DNA of 62,447 bases, filler included, from Globobulimina sp. (lineage: Eukaryota), in NCBI GenBank assembly GCA_003354225.1. It is 15 parts of 15 records of this genome, joined end to end, with 100 filler letters (N's around TTAATTAATTAA, not from the genome) between each part and the next. Parts side by side here need not be neighbours in the genome. Positions count along the whole stretch, not along the records: positions 12,529 to 16,601 come from PIVH01001650.1; positions 16,702 to 20,773 come from PIVH01001651.1; positions 20,874 to 24,945 come from PIVH01001652.1; 12 more parts are not named here. One strand, 5' to 3'. This document shows, in pieces, positions 12,529 to 24,665 of this stretch. The translations under genes and the position numbers were made by a program. The notes beneath the pieces were generated by a model, which was not told where the DNA came from, did not search any database, and was given only the letters and a program-made list of their open reading frames with translations. Each line of letters starts with the position of its first letter. Positions within the stretch are counted from its first letter, which is position 1.

Positions 12529-13364
12529 AACTGATTTCCAAATGCATTAAGCAATGATAGCACGGCCGCGGTTTGTCTATGATATCCAATAAGTTGTAAT
12601 CCTCTCAAATGTGGCCATATTGTTCTGATTTTATTTGCGTCGATGTCGACATATGACCCGAATCCGATTGTACAATATTGTGTGTTTGGAAACTTTGTAA
12701 AAAGTGTGTGTAATAAAAAAGAATTAAAAGAATTTGGAGCTTCTCCAAAATTATCAAGTCTCAATGTTGTTACATTACCGGTATTTATAAAATTTTGTCT
12801 CATAAATGCATTAATATCGATCTCCAATTTCTTTGCACCATCTAATTGGATGTGATTTACTTCATTCATAACATTGATTTGATTATTTATTTTTAATTCA
12901 TTGAACCGACTTAAATCTATTCCCAATCTTTTTAGGAATCGGAATGGTTTTAAATTAATTGATGAATATTTTTTTATGTTTACGATGTGTAATTCTTGCA
13001 TTAAATTTGGTGAATTGCAGCCTAAAAATATGGATCGATTTGATTTACTAAAATGAATATAATCATATTGTTGCATAAATGATGCAGTGACACCAATCAC
13101 TTGTTTTGGGAGTTGATCCAATTTGATATTTTGGGTTGTTATGGTGGTTGGTTTTTTCTTTCTGTTTCTAATAATGTTTGTTAATACATTATTTATTGAA
13201 TTTACTGCGGGCGATCGCGATTTGATGAAAAATTCAAATAATGCGGCATTAACCATATTCATATTAGTTGCATCGTTTGCTAATTTTTTAAAGAAATGTT
13301 TCGTTTCAGTTTGCGTTAATTGGGCTGATAACTGTCTAAATTGCACGGCTTTAGCGAGAGACAT
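12529..13364 (-). CDS. F-box-like/LRR-like protein, 3'-partial
   Basis: LDQLPKQVIG..ASFM..DY..FS..NR F-box-like motif followed by Leu-periodic repeats; runs into the linker. Confidence 0.55.
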
Positions 13365-13415
13365 GGTCGCTTAAAGTGATTGGCTAAACTTAGAATTATC
13401 AAGCGAGAAAGTGAA

Positions 13416-14684
13416 ATGTCACCGCAACTTACACCGGAACATGCTTTGAAACTATGCGTATTTGCACTAATGTTTCTTGCATTGTTGATATGCTTATGTT
13501 TGGCTCAAACGTGGCTGGAAAAAATAAAATATCACAATTCAATTACGATTGAAACAATGAATATAAACAATGATAACACAGTTGATTCATATTACAGTCA
13601 ATGGCATGGATCATCATTAATTAATAACCAATATAAAAATGAACATAATAATATTTGTAATTTACCGACATTACTATTTATCCGTAATCATAAAACCGGC
13701 GGCTATATGAAATTCTGGGAAAAGAAATTAAAAACACATTGCAATTTACAGCATCCATATTTCTCAATTATTGATTACAATTTATTTGAATGTCATGTAA
13801 GTAGTAATTTATCATTACAGGAAAATGAAAACGAGCTAGAAATTTGTGACACAGCATACAGGGCGAAAGAAACAGCACCAATTTATATGAAAAGTTATTG
13901 GGATTATAAACCAAGTAAAAAAGAGTCGGAATTAATTAAAATTTCTGAGAAATCCAATGTTCATTTAATAATTCTCTCGAAATTGCTGGATATCAACTCA
14001 GAGAAACAGAGCTATATTCCAATAATGAGCGTACGGACACCATTACAAACCATATTAAGTGGATATAACTATCATTCACAAGGCGCAGAGACAAAATGGA
14101 CAGACGCAAATTTAACGAGTGGTGAAGCACAATACAAGCGAGGCAGTGTTCCGTTGATATATTGCTTTAAAAATGTGTTTTCCGATATCGATGCAAATGA
14201 ATATATTATAAATCGTAACACAACAATGTATAAAGAATATAAAAAAGGATTTGTGAATAATTATTCCAATATTACAGCCTTAGCATATGGATTATATTTA
14301 GAATTTGCCAGATATGTAAATTGTGAGTGGCCATTAATAATATCAATGTACAATGAAATAAAATATAATAAAAAATATAAATGGTTTTTATTTTTAAGGT
14401 TCGAATGGTTTCATAATTATAATTATACAAAATCAATTTATTATTTTGTCAACCAACTTGGAATAAAAAATAATAAAAATAATTTTAGTTTGATCGATGA
14501 ATTATTGAAAGGCGATTTGGATAATAATAACACTCAGCAGACCTCAATGCATGTGACACGAAATCGATACGATAAACAATTACAAACAAAACTACTTTTG
14601 ACTTATAATAAAAATGTGTGCAAAAAAATTAAAAAAATGACTTTAATGCTTGATGATGTTTGGTTTCATCAACAATATTGTTAA
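13416..14684 (+). CDS. Type II membrane sulfotransferase-like protein
   Basis: N-terminal TM; HKTGG (5'-PSB-like), VRTP..ILSGY.YH (3'-PB-like), LRFE, H-V-T near the C-terminus. Confidence 0.65.
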   Translation: MSPQLTPEHALKLCVFALMFLALLICLCLAQTWLEKIKYHNSITIETMNINNDNTVDSYYSQWHGSSLINNQYKNEHNNICNLPTLLFIRNHKTGGYMKFWEKKLKTHCNLQHPYFSIIDYNLFECHVSSNLSLQENENELEICDTAYRAKETAPIYMKSYWDYKPSKKESELIKISEKSNVHLIILSKLLDINSEKQSYIPIMSVRTPLQTILSGYNYHSQGAETKWTDANLTSGEAQYKRGSVPLIYCFKNVFSDIDANEYIINRNTTMYKEYKKGFVNNYSNITALAYGLYLEFARYVNCEWPLIISMYNEIKYNKKYKWFLFLRFEWFHNYNYTKSIYYFVNQLGIKNNKNNFSLIDELLKGDLDNNNTQQTSMHVTRNRYDKQLQTKLLLTYNKNVCKKIKKMTLMLDDVWFHQQYC

Positions 14685-14720
14685 TTTCCCTGGCACTGCT
14701 ACAAGACGGTGGTTCCACTA

Positions 14721-15788
14721 TCACCAATCTGAATTGTCTGAAAATAAATGGTCAGTGCTGCTGCTGCTGCTGGTACTGCTGGATGATAAATAATGATTGA
14801 CCGACATGGATGCATTGCATATTTTGGTGCATTCTGAACAAATTACTGAGATATATTCATTATAAAGATATTTATCCAAATCCATGGCCATATTATCACT
14901 TTCATCCTCCGTATCACTTTCCGTATCTTTAAAAATTGCATTAATCATATTGCCTTGTTTTATATCTGCAATTTTTGTTTTTGAGTCCAAGTTAATTATA
15001 TTTCCATCACTATCAAAGTTACGATTCATTTCAATTTCATTCCTGAAACTTACTTCATTTCGACATTGATCAAAATGTTTGCATTTTATGATAAATCCAA
15101 TACCAAATTCAACAATAATATTAATTATAAACCGATCAAATAATAAATAACCATAATTCGTTTCAAATGCCATTAAAATAGCACTCAATAATTTATTGCG
15201 TTGCTTTTCTGCATCACAACTTTCACATTCATATTGACGAAGACATTCAGAATCCAAAGATTCATCCAATACTCGCAACGCACATAAATTGCAACATAAT
15301 CTCCTACATTCACAGCATTTATGCGCTACGTTTGTTTGCCAATATTGCCACCAAGCCCGCTGTGCCCATTTTGTTGTCAGAGAGCAGAGTTTATGCAAAC
15401 TTTCATTATGATATATTGTGAATGTATTTAATTTTGCAATTTCATGATTCCAATTAGGTTCATACCAAAACAAACCCTCTGATTCAATTTGTAATTTTTG
15501 CTGAGAAATATCAACAATTGTTCCCACTCTCCACACACAATAACTAAACACATCTTGAGCTTGGTGAAAATCGATTACATCTCCAATTTGCAAGTCATTT
15601 ATCCAGAATGTTTCTTTTATTTCATTTAATCCGTCCCATGAATATGAATTTAAATGCAATCCAAATGCTAAAATGTGTCTGTATGAATTTAATAAACTGA
15701 CTGCAACATCATCTTCGCAAAATAGTGGGTCGTGTTTCTTGTCTTTGAAAATATTTAATAGGAAATCTATGGCTTCCAAACAAGACAT
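14721..15788 (-). CDS. Hypothetical protein with Tudor-like segment and Cys-rich Zn finger
   Basis: 355-aa ATG ORF; LQIGDVIDF..WRVGTIVDI, CCEC..CCNLC..CESC. Confidence 0.6.
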   Translation of the reverse strand: MSCLEAIDFLLNIFKDKKHDPLFCEDDVAVSLLNSYRHILAFGLHLNSYSWDGLNEIKETFWINDLQIGDVIDFHQAQDVFSYCVWRVGTIVDISQQKLQIESEGLFWYEPNWNHEIAKLNTFTIYHNESLHKLCSLTTKWAQRAWWQYWQTNVAHKCCECRRLCCNLCALRVLDESLDSECLRQYECESCDAEKQRNKLLSAILMAFETNYGYLLFDRFIINIIVEFGIGFIIKCKHFDQCRNEVSFRNEIEMNRNFDSDGNIINLDSKTKIADIKQGNMINAIFKDTESDTEDESDNMAMDLDKYLYNEYISVICSECTKICNASMSVNHYLSSSSTSSSSSTDHLFSDNSDW

Positions 15789-15837
15789 GATGCTAAGAAC
15801 AGTTGAATATTTTTGTGAAGTAGTTTTCTATATAAAA

Positions 15838-16266
15838 ATGGGCACTTGTCTATCAAACGGAATTGAGACAATTGAATTGATAGAGATAAGAACCAGTATT
15901 AATAAACAAAACGAATGTATTCAATCTATGATGCTTTCTACAAAAAATGATCTGAAGATAATCAATGATAAAATATGTAAAATTGAAGACAAACTGAGTA
16001 ATGATGACAGAAATGGTACTATCAACACAATGAACACAAATCTCAAACAACAAATGAACGAATTAGCAAATCGTTTTAAATGTAATCAACAAAATCAATG
16101 TAAACGGGAGCCATATCCGGAATTTCCGAAACCGAGAACTGTCAAACTATATTCACAAAATCAAGGCAACTCAAATATAAATGATAAACAATGCAATGCA
16201 ATAAATTTGAAATTGAACTCATTGAGAAATGTGATAAGAAATGAGATGCAAATTGTAATGACTTAG
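15838..16266 (+). CDS. Small coiled-coil protein with N-terminal acylation-like motif
   Basis: Starts MGTCLS (Gly2/Cys4/Ser6) within ORF 15673..16266. Confidence 0.55.
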   Translation: MGTCLSNGIETIELIEIRTSINKQNECIQSMMLSTKNDLKIINDKICKIEDKLSNDDRNGTINTMNTNLKQQMNELANRFKCNQQNQCKREPYPEFPKPRTVKLYSQNQGNSNINDKQCNAINLKLNSLRNVIRNEMQIVMT

Positions 16267-16844
16267 TCCCTTTTGTTGCGATAATATGCGTTTGTTGATG
16301 CAGTCTATTTATTTGTCATTCCCTGCTGAATGAAATATAGTGATAATAAAATCCACGAACACCACTCCACTCGACAATGTCAACAGCAAACCTCAAAATG
16401 GCAAAGCTTTGGACAGTAATAGAAGTATGTTGCTATGCAGTGTGGTCAATAATTGTCATATTATCGGTTTGCACAAATCTTAAACTCTGTAAAGAAAAGA
16501 TGTCTTTTTATATATTACTATTTTCGAAACGGTGTGGTATTTTTTTTTTGCAAATAATGCAAATTTACCAATTTTCCTAAAAACTCGAATTTCCGAATAT
16601 TNNNNNNNNNNNNNNNNNNNNNNNNNNNNNNNNNNNNNNNNNNNNTTAATTAATTAANNNNNNNNNNNNNNNNNNNNNNNNNNNNNNNNNNNNNNNNNNN
16701 NTATAACAGTATACTTTTATGTTTTTGTGATAATGAGGCTTTGTTTTTATAATAAATTAGAATAATGATGTGCTTAAGTTAGGGTTATCCTATTTAACAT
16801 AATGTATGTTATACGCAGTTTGTGCTTGCCCTAATTGGCATAAC

Positions 16845-17438
16845 CTATAAGTCAACCATATTATAATTAGGTAAATGTATATCAGCTGCTGAAACTCGAT
16901 TATCAAGACTTTTAGAAATAAACTCCTTTAAAGCTGGTTCATCGAGACCTAATCCCCACTGCTCATCTTCCTTCAAGAAGTCATCATAATTTTTTGCCCA
17001 TAAGACTACAATCTCAATAGATAAAGGATCAAATTCACCTTGCACAGCATCTGCTTCCCATGTTTTATGTTCAAATGATGACTTTCCATTATTACCTTTT
17101 CCATCTGGCGCATAATGTGCTCTTCCAATACAGATTGATCTACCAATTAAAACTGGATCATTAGCTATTAAATGACATACTTTAACGTATTTTAGATTTT
17201 CTTTTTCAAGATAATCCTTTGCTGCTAAAAGGCTAGTTTGTGCTCTTTCCTCTAAGCTTTTAGAGCTTGAGTAAATGGTAACGTCACCAAAGTCACGATC
17301 TTTGAATAGTGGTATTCCTCTTGAAGTTCCCGCCTTTAAAATGGTGTAATCTTTTACCGCTTTTTCAAGTGGTAGTGAAACGTTTTCACCACAGCCAGTT
17401 ATTGCTAAAGCGACTGCTATTGGTAGTAATTTATTCAT
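16845..17438 (-). CDS. Bacterial lipoprotein, possibly DUF4875-like
   Basis: AAGGAG Shine-Dalgarno 6 nt upstream of ATG 17438; lipobox LAITGC; RAQT..AA and YAPDGKG motifs. The family assignment is from recall, not a search. Confidence 0.7.
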   Translation of the reverse strand: MNKLLPIAVALAITGCGENVSLPLEKAVKDYTILKAGTSRGIPLFKDRDFGDVTIYSSSKSLEERAQTSLLAAKDYLEKENLKYVKVCHLIANDPVLIGRSICIGRAHYAPDGKGNNGKSSFEHKTWEADAVQGEFDPLSIEIVVLWAKNYDDFLKEDEQWGLGLDEPALKEFISKSLDNRVSAADIHLPNYNMVDL

Positions 17439-17481
17439 TAGTAACTCCTTTATTGATTTGTATAATGTATGTTGTGTGCAG

Positions 17482-17727
17482 TTAGTAGTATCCAAAACAA
17501 TCTTTCAAATAATTTCGTATTTTCATAATAAAAGGTAGTAAAACTATTAGTGAAATTATAAACAAAGGTAGGTTTGCACCTCTGATTCCCTCATAAATAC
17601 CAAGCATAGAAAAAAATGGGATAATCACCATCAAAGCTAAAATGATAAGCCCAAAAACACCATTTAGAGCAACTGCCCCAAAATACTCTCCAGGTGATAA
17701 ATACAATCGACCAATTCTTATTCTCAT
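17482..17727 (-). CDS. Bacterial small membrane protein
   Basis: AGGAG upstream of the ATG; two hydrophobic segments; co-oriented with the lipoprotein. Confidence 0.6.
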   Translation of the reverse strand: MRIRIGRLYLSPGEYFGAVALNGVFGLIILALMVIIPFFSMLGIYEGIRGANLPLFIISLIVLLPFIMKIRNYLKDCFGYY

Positions 17728-17799
17728 ATTATCTTCTCCTATTGAGATTTATACACAACTAGGTATTATGCCATTAAATTATATAAAGGAGAAGAAGTT

Positions 17800-18366
17800 A
17801 TGGGTTTTGAAGAACATAAAGAAAGAGAAGATTTAATTGTTGAAATAGAACAAAAATCTTCAAAAATTTATAATGATTATGAAGAATTAATAAACAATAC
17901 TGAAAAAGAAGTTATTTCTCATGTCAAATCAAGAATTGAAGATATTAAGGAAGTTTTCTATAAATTTCTAGTTAATAAGGGTTTTGAATGGTCAATTGAT
18001 CAAACAGCACAAAATAGACCAGGGTATGAATCACAGAAAGAATTAATATATAAAAAAAACATGAAACTTTCTATTGATATTAATAAGGTAGAATTTACAG
18101 ATAAAATTAGTAGTTTTTATGGATTGCTGTTAATAACTTCAGACAAGAAAAACTTCTATCAATACTCAATAAATTTCCCGGTAAATAAATCTTTAATTTA
18201 TAAACAAACACCTTTTAAAAGGTTTCAAATAAGGGATATTGAAAAAGAATTTTCTAAATGGGAAGATAAAATTATTGATGATTTAGCCCACTTAAATGAA
18301 ATGGGTGTATTTTATAATGATAAGCCTGAAGTTGCTTCATTTTCTAAAAATGAGATTAATAAAAAT
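17800..18366 (+). CDS. Bacterial hypothetical protein, truncated at a chimeric junction
   Basis: AAGGAG upstream of ATG 17800; no similarity to CFAP58 until about 18367. The junction position is approximate. Confidence 0.55.
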
Positions 18367-19314
18367 GGACATTTTGAGATGAAAGAATTGAGCGAATCCG
18401 TCAAATGTTTGGAAAAACAAAAGATAAAAAAAGACGAAATATTAGTAAATGCGGAAAAGTTATTATGCTCTCAAGACACAGAAATAAAGACATTACGCCG
18501 TACATTATCCGAAGCCCACAATCGAGAGAAGCAAGAAAAGCAAGTATTCGATTCCATAGTGGATGAGCGGGATATTTTAGGCGGACAATTAATTCGTAGA
18601 AATGATGAGTTGGCATTGTTGTACGACAAGATCAGATTAATGGAGTCTACATTAGAAAAAGGAGAAATTGAGTACAGAAACACTTGTCAGGACAAACGCA
18701 ATTTGTGTTTGAAATTAAATAATATCAAAAGACAGCTCAATATCCGCAACGAGCAATATAACAATATGAATAAATTAAAGTATGAGGTACACCATTTGCA
18801 GAGGGAATTGTTGCAGGAAAGGACAAAAGTTAAAGCTCTCTCTGAAGAATTGGAGAATCCAATCAATGTACATAGATGGCGGAAATTGTCAGGCTCTGAC
18901 CCTGATCAATTTGAATCGATTCAAAAGATACAAACATTGCAGAAACGATTAATTGCAAAAACTGAAGAAATTGTCGAAAAGGATTTAATTATTCAAGAAA
19001 AGGAAAGATTATACATTGAATTAAAAAATATATTAGCTCGACAACCCGGGCCTGAAGTGATTGAGCAAATAAATATTTATCAAAACACATTAAAACAAAG
19101 AACTCGGCAAATTAAATCAAATGCTGCTGAATTAAATATGCTACAAACACAAATAAGTCAATATAAATATGATATGAACAATTTAAATAATGAGTTGGTG
19201 AATGTTAAAAAAAAATACTATCAACAAAAGAAAAAAGAACAACTTTGGAAAGAACAATCAAGAAATATAGCGACTGAAGTACCAGCTACAGCTCATCAAA
19301 TAAAACCACTGTAA
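18367..19314 (+). CDS. CFAP58: C-terminal half of cilia- and flagella-associated protein 58
   Basis: ERDILGGQLIRRNDELALLYDKI, ELENPINVHRWRKL, LQKRLIAKTEE and LARQPGPE are diagnostic CFAP58/CCDC147 blocks. Confidence 0.9.
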   Translation, partial: GHFEMKELSESVKCLEKQKIKKDEILVNAEKLLCSQDTEIKTLRRTLSEAHNREKQEKQVFDSIVDERDILGGQLIRRNDELALLYDKIRLMESTLEKGEIEYRNTCQDKRNLCLKLNNIKRQLNIRNEQYNNMNKLKYEVHHLQRELLQERTKVKALSEELENPINVHRWRKLSGSDPDQFESIQKIQTLQKRLIAKTEEIVEKDLIIQEKERLYIELKNILARQPGPEVIEQINIYQNTLKQRTRQIKSNAAELNMLQTQISQYKYDMNNLNNELVNVKKKYYQQKKKEQLWKEQSRNIATEVPATAHQIKPL

Positions 19315-19786
19315 TCTTAAACAATTGTATTTTTATAGTTATTAATAACTTGTCAGAGTGTAATAGAAACGGGATGCAATTCTCACTGAGTCTGGCATCA
19401 TTGTACTCTTCTTGTCTTCATATCCGTTGTACAATGATTTTCGATAATTATTATCTGTACATTTTACAGGATGCGATATTACATCCTTTCTGGAGATCAA
19501 TTCCAAATTTCCAATATGTTTTAATTCGTCATCGTGGTATTCGGTGATATGTATATGATTGGATTAAATTCTAGGTCGAGGAAATATATTCATACATTCC
19601 AATATCATATTTTTTTCATCTATTTCTGTATTTGTATGATGCTCATTGCATTTGTTACGCAAACCATTGCATTTATAATGTGGTTGACCAAATCAGGGAC
19701 TAGTCCTAGCAAACTACACTAGGCAATTTGCAAATTTAGTTTCTAGTTTACAAACGTTTCTGTATCATATGTGTAGTTTGAACGAT

Positions 19787-19797
19787 GTGCAAGGATA
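19787..19797 (-). promoter_or_regulatory. Recurrent motif TATCCTTGCAC (copy 2)
   Basis: GTGCAAGGATA on the + strand; 12 nt downstream of, and sense to, the minus-strand gene ending at 19810. Confidence 0.6.
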
Positions 19798-19809
19798 TGA
19801 AATGCAGTC

Positions 19810-20547
19810 TTAGTAACGAAAATGTGCTCTTGCAGCAGTAGCACCCCGATTAGTAATGCAAAATTCTTTAATTTTGAATGTATGTACATTGCTTAACAAT
19901 GATACTCCCAAATAATATGATTTTGTTGTGTCAACATTCTCAAATAAGAGACCTAAATTAATATCATTTAATTGAGCTTCGATTGTGCGTTTTGGAACAT
20001 TAAATGTTATTTTTATGACTTGTTTTCCTTTTATTTCCACGAATGGATAGAATTCGGGCATTTCTTTTTCAGACCGAGCTGTCCGAGCAGCTAATTCTTG
20101 ATGATCCCATTTAGATCTCTGCGCAAGATCCCATACGTAATAACAAAATGGATTTTTCATATTAAATGCATAGGTATTCAAATTGAGTTGGTTTGATTCT
20201 GTAAACCCAATGGCAACGGCGGACTCAAATTCACTAAAATCGTCCATTTCAAAAGTCCATTTAAACGTTGATTGCGGAGTTTGTTTCGGATTTATTTGTG
20301 TTGAACCAAATACTGTGTTATAATCCCATTCTAACGCACTTAATGCACCGTATCTAATTCCATTTTTATATTTAATCTCAATATGTTTTCCATGATTTCC
20401 AAATTCTTCTGTCTCAAAAAAATACACCAAACATAACGATGTCACTAAATCTGGAACGTTTTTATCGTGTCGATTAACAAAACCATACACAATTTTCTTA
20501 CACCATTCATCAATGCCTTTCAATTTGTTAAAAATGTTTGCATCCAT
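19810..20547 (-). CDS. SPRY/B30.2-like protein with N-terminal 'IVYGF..VPDLV..LCL.Y' motif
   Basis: Same architecture as 11456..12374 (FKWTF, AIGF, VIKITFN...TI, YYLGVSL); likely start MDANIF. Confidence 0.6.
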   Translation of the reverse strand: MDANIFNKLKGIDEWCKKIVYGFVNRHDKNVPDLVTSLCLVYFFETEEFGNHGKHIEIKYKNGIRYGALSALEWDYNTVFGSTQINPKQTPQSTFKWTFEMDDFSEFESAVAIGFTESNQLNLNTYAFNMKNPFCYYVWDLAQRSKWDHQELAARTARSEKEMPEFYPFVEIKGKQVIKITFNVPKRTIEAQLNDINLGLLFENVDTTKSYYLGVSLLSNVHTFKIKEFCITNRGATAARAHFRY

Positions 20548-21073
20548 TCTTTTTGTTAAAAAATGTGCTAAACCTTGAAATTCTATCTGTAAAAAGTTTT
20601 TTAAATCAACAACTCCACATTTTAATTTTATCACTACCGACACTAAGAACAACATGTTATACAAATTAGTATTTTTAGCATTATTACTCGTCGCAAACGT
20701 ACCTAATATCGCAGCAGATAATTCACGACAATTATTACAAGCCACACCTAGCACCACCGGTGACGATGCCACTNNNNNNNNNNNNNNNNNNNNNNNNNNN
20801 NNNNNNNNNNNNNNNNNTTAATTAATTAANNNNNNNNNNNNNNNNNNNNNNNNNNNNNNNNNNNNNNNNNNNNAACCCTCTCCTATAGTCATACATGTAT
20901 GATTTTTAATTATTTTTCATAGTCATACATAATTCATTATCTCGGACGAGATCCCCTTTATTTCATAAATCATATCTGAATATATGATTCTGTGTCTTAT
21001 AGGAGTTAACCCTGTAGGTTAATTCCTTTCGTATTTCTATCTTTCTTTTACTGTGTTTCTGTAATATGAATAG

Positions 21074-23737
21074 GTAAAGGCGAAGATCATAAATATATTG
21101 TTCCTGTACTTACCGAATTATTTGAAAAGCTTTTATTGTATCAACACGACAAACTGGAATTGTTAGTACTAAAATGCGATGGTTTATATAAAAATAGATA
21201 TATTTGGAGGTATATTTTAAATATTTTAGCTAAAAAATATAAACATACGAATGGTGAGATTTGGAGTTTATGCCGGAAATATTGTTATAAAATATCTGAT
21301 TGGCAAAACTGCTCAATCTGTAAATTATTGGTATTTATCTAATATTTCTTCCTTATTTCTATCTTATTTCATCTGAAATTGTGTACTAATATATATTTAG
21401 CCAGGTGCATGTCCATGGCATCGCCAACGTACATTGGCCAAAAAAAAAGTGATCCGTAATATGAAATGGTGTAAAGAGGATAGAAAAGCATATCATGATA
21501 GAGTTATTTTGTCACATCGACATGAACTTAAACATATTAGTATCTATGTTTTGGATGAAAATAGTATTATGACGTTAAAATATTATTTACAAAATACTAA
21601 ATTTATGCATAAGTATTGCCAAATTGATTCACTTGAATCCCTTCAATTGTATGTGTCGATGATCACATTAGAAGCTTTTACATCAATTGAAACTATTAAT
21701 GAGATATATGAACATAAATCGAAAACAGTATATGTATGATAAATAGAACATAAATTCGATAGAAAAACTATATAAATATTCCAAATATTTGTAAATCTAA
21801 TTTAATTTCTATTATATATTTAATATATTTCTATAATTTTTCTATCATTTTCATGTATGTTAATAGTCATCCAAAAATAAAGAAAAAAACAGAAAATATG
21901 ATTATATTATTGGTCATGCTCTGATGCATATTCCTCCAATTCAAGCACCAATATATATGGCCTTATTATATAATTTAATTACATACAAACAGATAATGGA
22001 TGATTCACCAACAACCAAAGAAAATATTGTTAATGATGACGATTATAATTTCATTACGACGCAGTTTCCTGAATTAGATATGGGAACCAAAAAATATGAA
22101 AAATTGAAATATCTCCTCTTCACGAAAAGAGATAAAATATGCCATAATATTAAATACGCGAATAGTGCGAAAATATACAGTGAATATTATCCGGGAATCA
22201 AAGCACCTGCATCTACTTTAAATTTATGGGTATCACGATTAGGTTTATCTCATATTGATTCGTTAAATAATGTGTGTGAAAGAGTTGGCAATTTCTCACA
22301 TAATGAGGTAACTGCAGAGTTGCGTGGATTTTATCAATATTGGACTGTACCGAGGTATTGTATTTATTATGTATTTCTGCTATATTTATATACAATACAT
22401 AATAAATAATATGTGAATTTATATTAATAAATAAGAATGAAACATTCTGCAGATAAATATGATCATAAACAAGTTTTTGATATAACTAGTGCCGTATATA
22501 TCGATCATATGGCAATTGAATGCAGACCACGTAATAGTATCATATTATGGAATAATGGATATGCGCCGGCAAAGATCCGTCCTGGCGCACTTGGAATTGA
22601 AGCAAATAATGCATATTTTAATAAGTAATTTCTACACTGTTTCTATTGTTTTATTGATAATATTTCTACATTGTTTCTGTTGTTTTTGTATATTGTTTAT
22701 ATAATGTTTGTCCATTGTTTTTGTTATACAGACAGGAATGACGTACGAAGGGCAAACAAACCTTAGCATTGGTATATTCACGCCTGACGTTATCGTTTAT
22801 CATATTGAATCATATATTTACATCAACAACAAGAGATTAAAAAAGAAATGAATGAAATATTTGAGCAAGAGGCTGGTGAACAGTTCCCCAGTTTTTATTT
22901 TTATGTATGTTTCACCAAATATTTAATTGATGATTATATTCGGAAAAATTATAAACAAAAATACATCGCAAAATATGGAAGTGAAACCTTGTTATGGCAT
23001 ATTATCACGTGTTGTAAATGCGGGGAATGTACACGTTGCGAAGGGGTAAAAAGATATCAAATGAGTTTTGTTGATACTATTACTGGCATCACAAAACGCG
23101 CACCGTGTGTTAACCATTGGAAACTTCGACATATCGCATGGTTTAATCATCTCAAGTTTGTGTATACTATATGTTTATATACTGTATATATATGGTTTTT
23201 CATCTTAGTATATTTTGAGTATCTTTTGTATTTCTTTCTATTTTCTATTACATTTTGATTATCTTTTGTATTACATTTTGAGTATCTTTTGTATTTCTAT
23301 CTATTTTCTATTACATTTTGATTATCTTTTGTATTACTATATATTTTGTATCGTTTTTCTTATATAGTGAGCCAGACAAATATCCAGATCGACCCCCACG
23401 ATATCAAGCCAACAATGATTTAAAACAATTAAAGAAATCATTTCGATGGTTTAATACCAAAGTTATATTTACAATACGCAGTGCTAAAAAAGAGGTGAAA
23501 TTTAATTTGTGCCAAGAATATCCGCGGTGAGTGTGGAAGAAAATAGGGAAGTATGTCACAAAAGCCTGTCAGAGTAAAATTGATATTTGTTTAACATCTC
23601 CAACCGCTACACCGCATACAGGTAAATATTTACAATGTAATAAATATAAACAAACCCCTCCCGAGATCTCTCCATATCATAAAGACATATTAAATTATTA
23701 TAAAAATGTATTGTGTGTATATGGTAATAGTATATAA
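21074..23737 (+). pseudogene. Multi-exon gene of unknown family with Cys/His Zn-finger-like motifs, degenerate in the 3' part
   Basis: Frame-preserving GT-AG introns at 21331-21400, 21728-21866 and 22355-22435; motifs CSIC..CPWH and CCKCGECTRC..CVNH. Frame breaks at about 22625-22850 and an in-frame TGA at 23528. Confidence 0.45.
23212..23337. repeat. Tandem duplication, 2 x 63 bp
   Basis: attttgagtatcttttgtatttct..ctattttctattacattttgattatcttttgtattac at 23212 and 23275. Confidence 0.85.
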
Positions 23738-24665
23738 TATATATGTAAACAACAATATAAAACATTTCCTTTTGTCTATTTTATTTAATAAACAAAAGAC
23801 AAACAAAAGAAACGTACACGAAATAATAATAATAATAAAAAGGATAAGAATACAAATAAGGCAAAAAAACACTCCAAGGTAAGTTACATTAATATATACA
23901 GTATATCTAATATGATCTATTTTGTATACATATATTAAACGAATACAATAGAAAATCCAAAAGAGAAATCGACAAAAACATAACAAAGGCCCACATCGCT
24001 CACCACCACGTAAAAAAGCGCATTTAGCTTAAAAGAAAAAAAAAGGAAAAGCAAATTGAGTGTACGCATCATTATTATTACAGAAAAATGAAGCAATCTT
24101 TACAAAAGGTTTATTGTAAGGAGGGGGCGCTATGTATTGTGTACTGTTTAGGATATGCTCTAATGTAGTATTTTTAGAAATATATGTTTCAAATAATACA
24201 TTTGGATGCGTTTTTTTGTGCCAATCAATTAATTTATCACAAATATATCTGCCATTACTATACGGCCATATATTGGATGATAATCTATTGGGCTGTGTTT
24301 GGGGCCCAAACACTCATATATTTGGTAGCCGCTTTGGTTATTTATAACTTAATTGCTTTGGATGCTTGCTTAATTAGTATATTAATTATATCATCCAATC
24401 AAAGTTAAAAATGTAACAATTAGTGTAACAAAATTACATATTTTTTAACATCTATGACATCTGTAATATGTTATTTCTTTCTTCCTACATATAACTTAGT
24501 ATAGGATACATATACATGATGTATGATCAAATATTTCGGTACATAATTTTCTTCACATACATTTGATCATACATTTGATCATACATAGATACATTAGGGA
24601 TTAGGGATTCACTGTCCGGTATATGGTCCTGGCAGACCGCGAATTAAATGGAAAAATTGAAAAAA

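Noticed and set aside
17800-19314. 504-aa ORF as a genuine novel protein
   Set aside because: Bacterial SD-led N-terminus joined to half of CFAP58; most simply a chimera.
19341-19700. Minus-strand frame of about 115 codons with one internal TAA
   Set aside because: No start codon or recognisable domain; cannot be supported as a gene.
24594-24607. TTAGGGA x2 as a telomere
   Set aside because: Only two units and internal to the contig.
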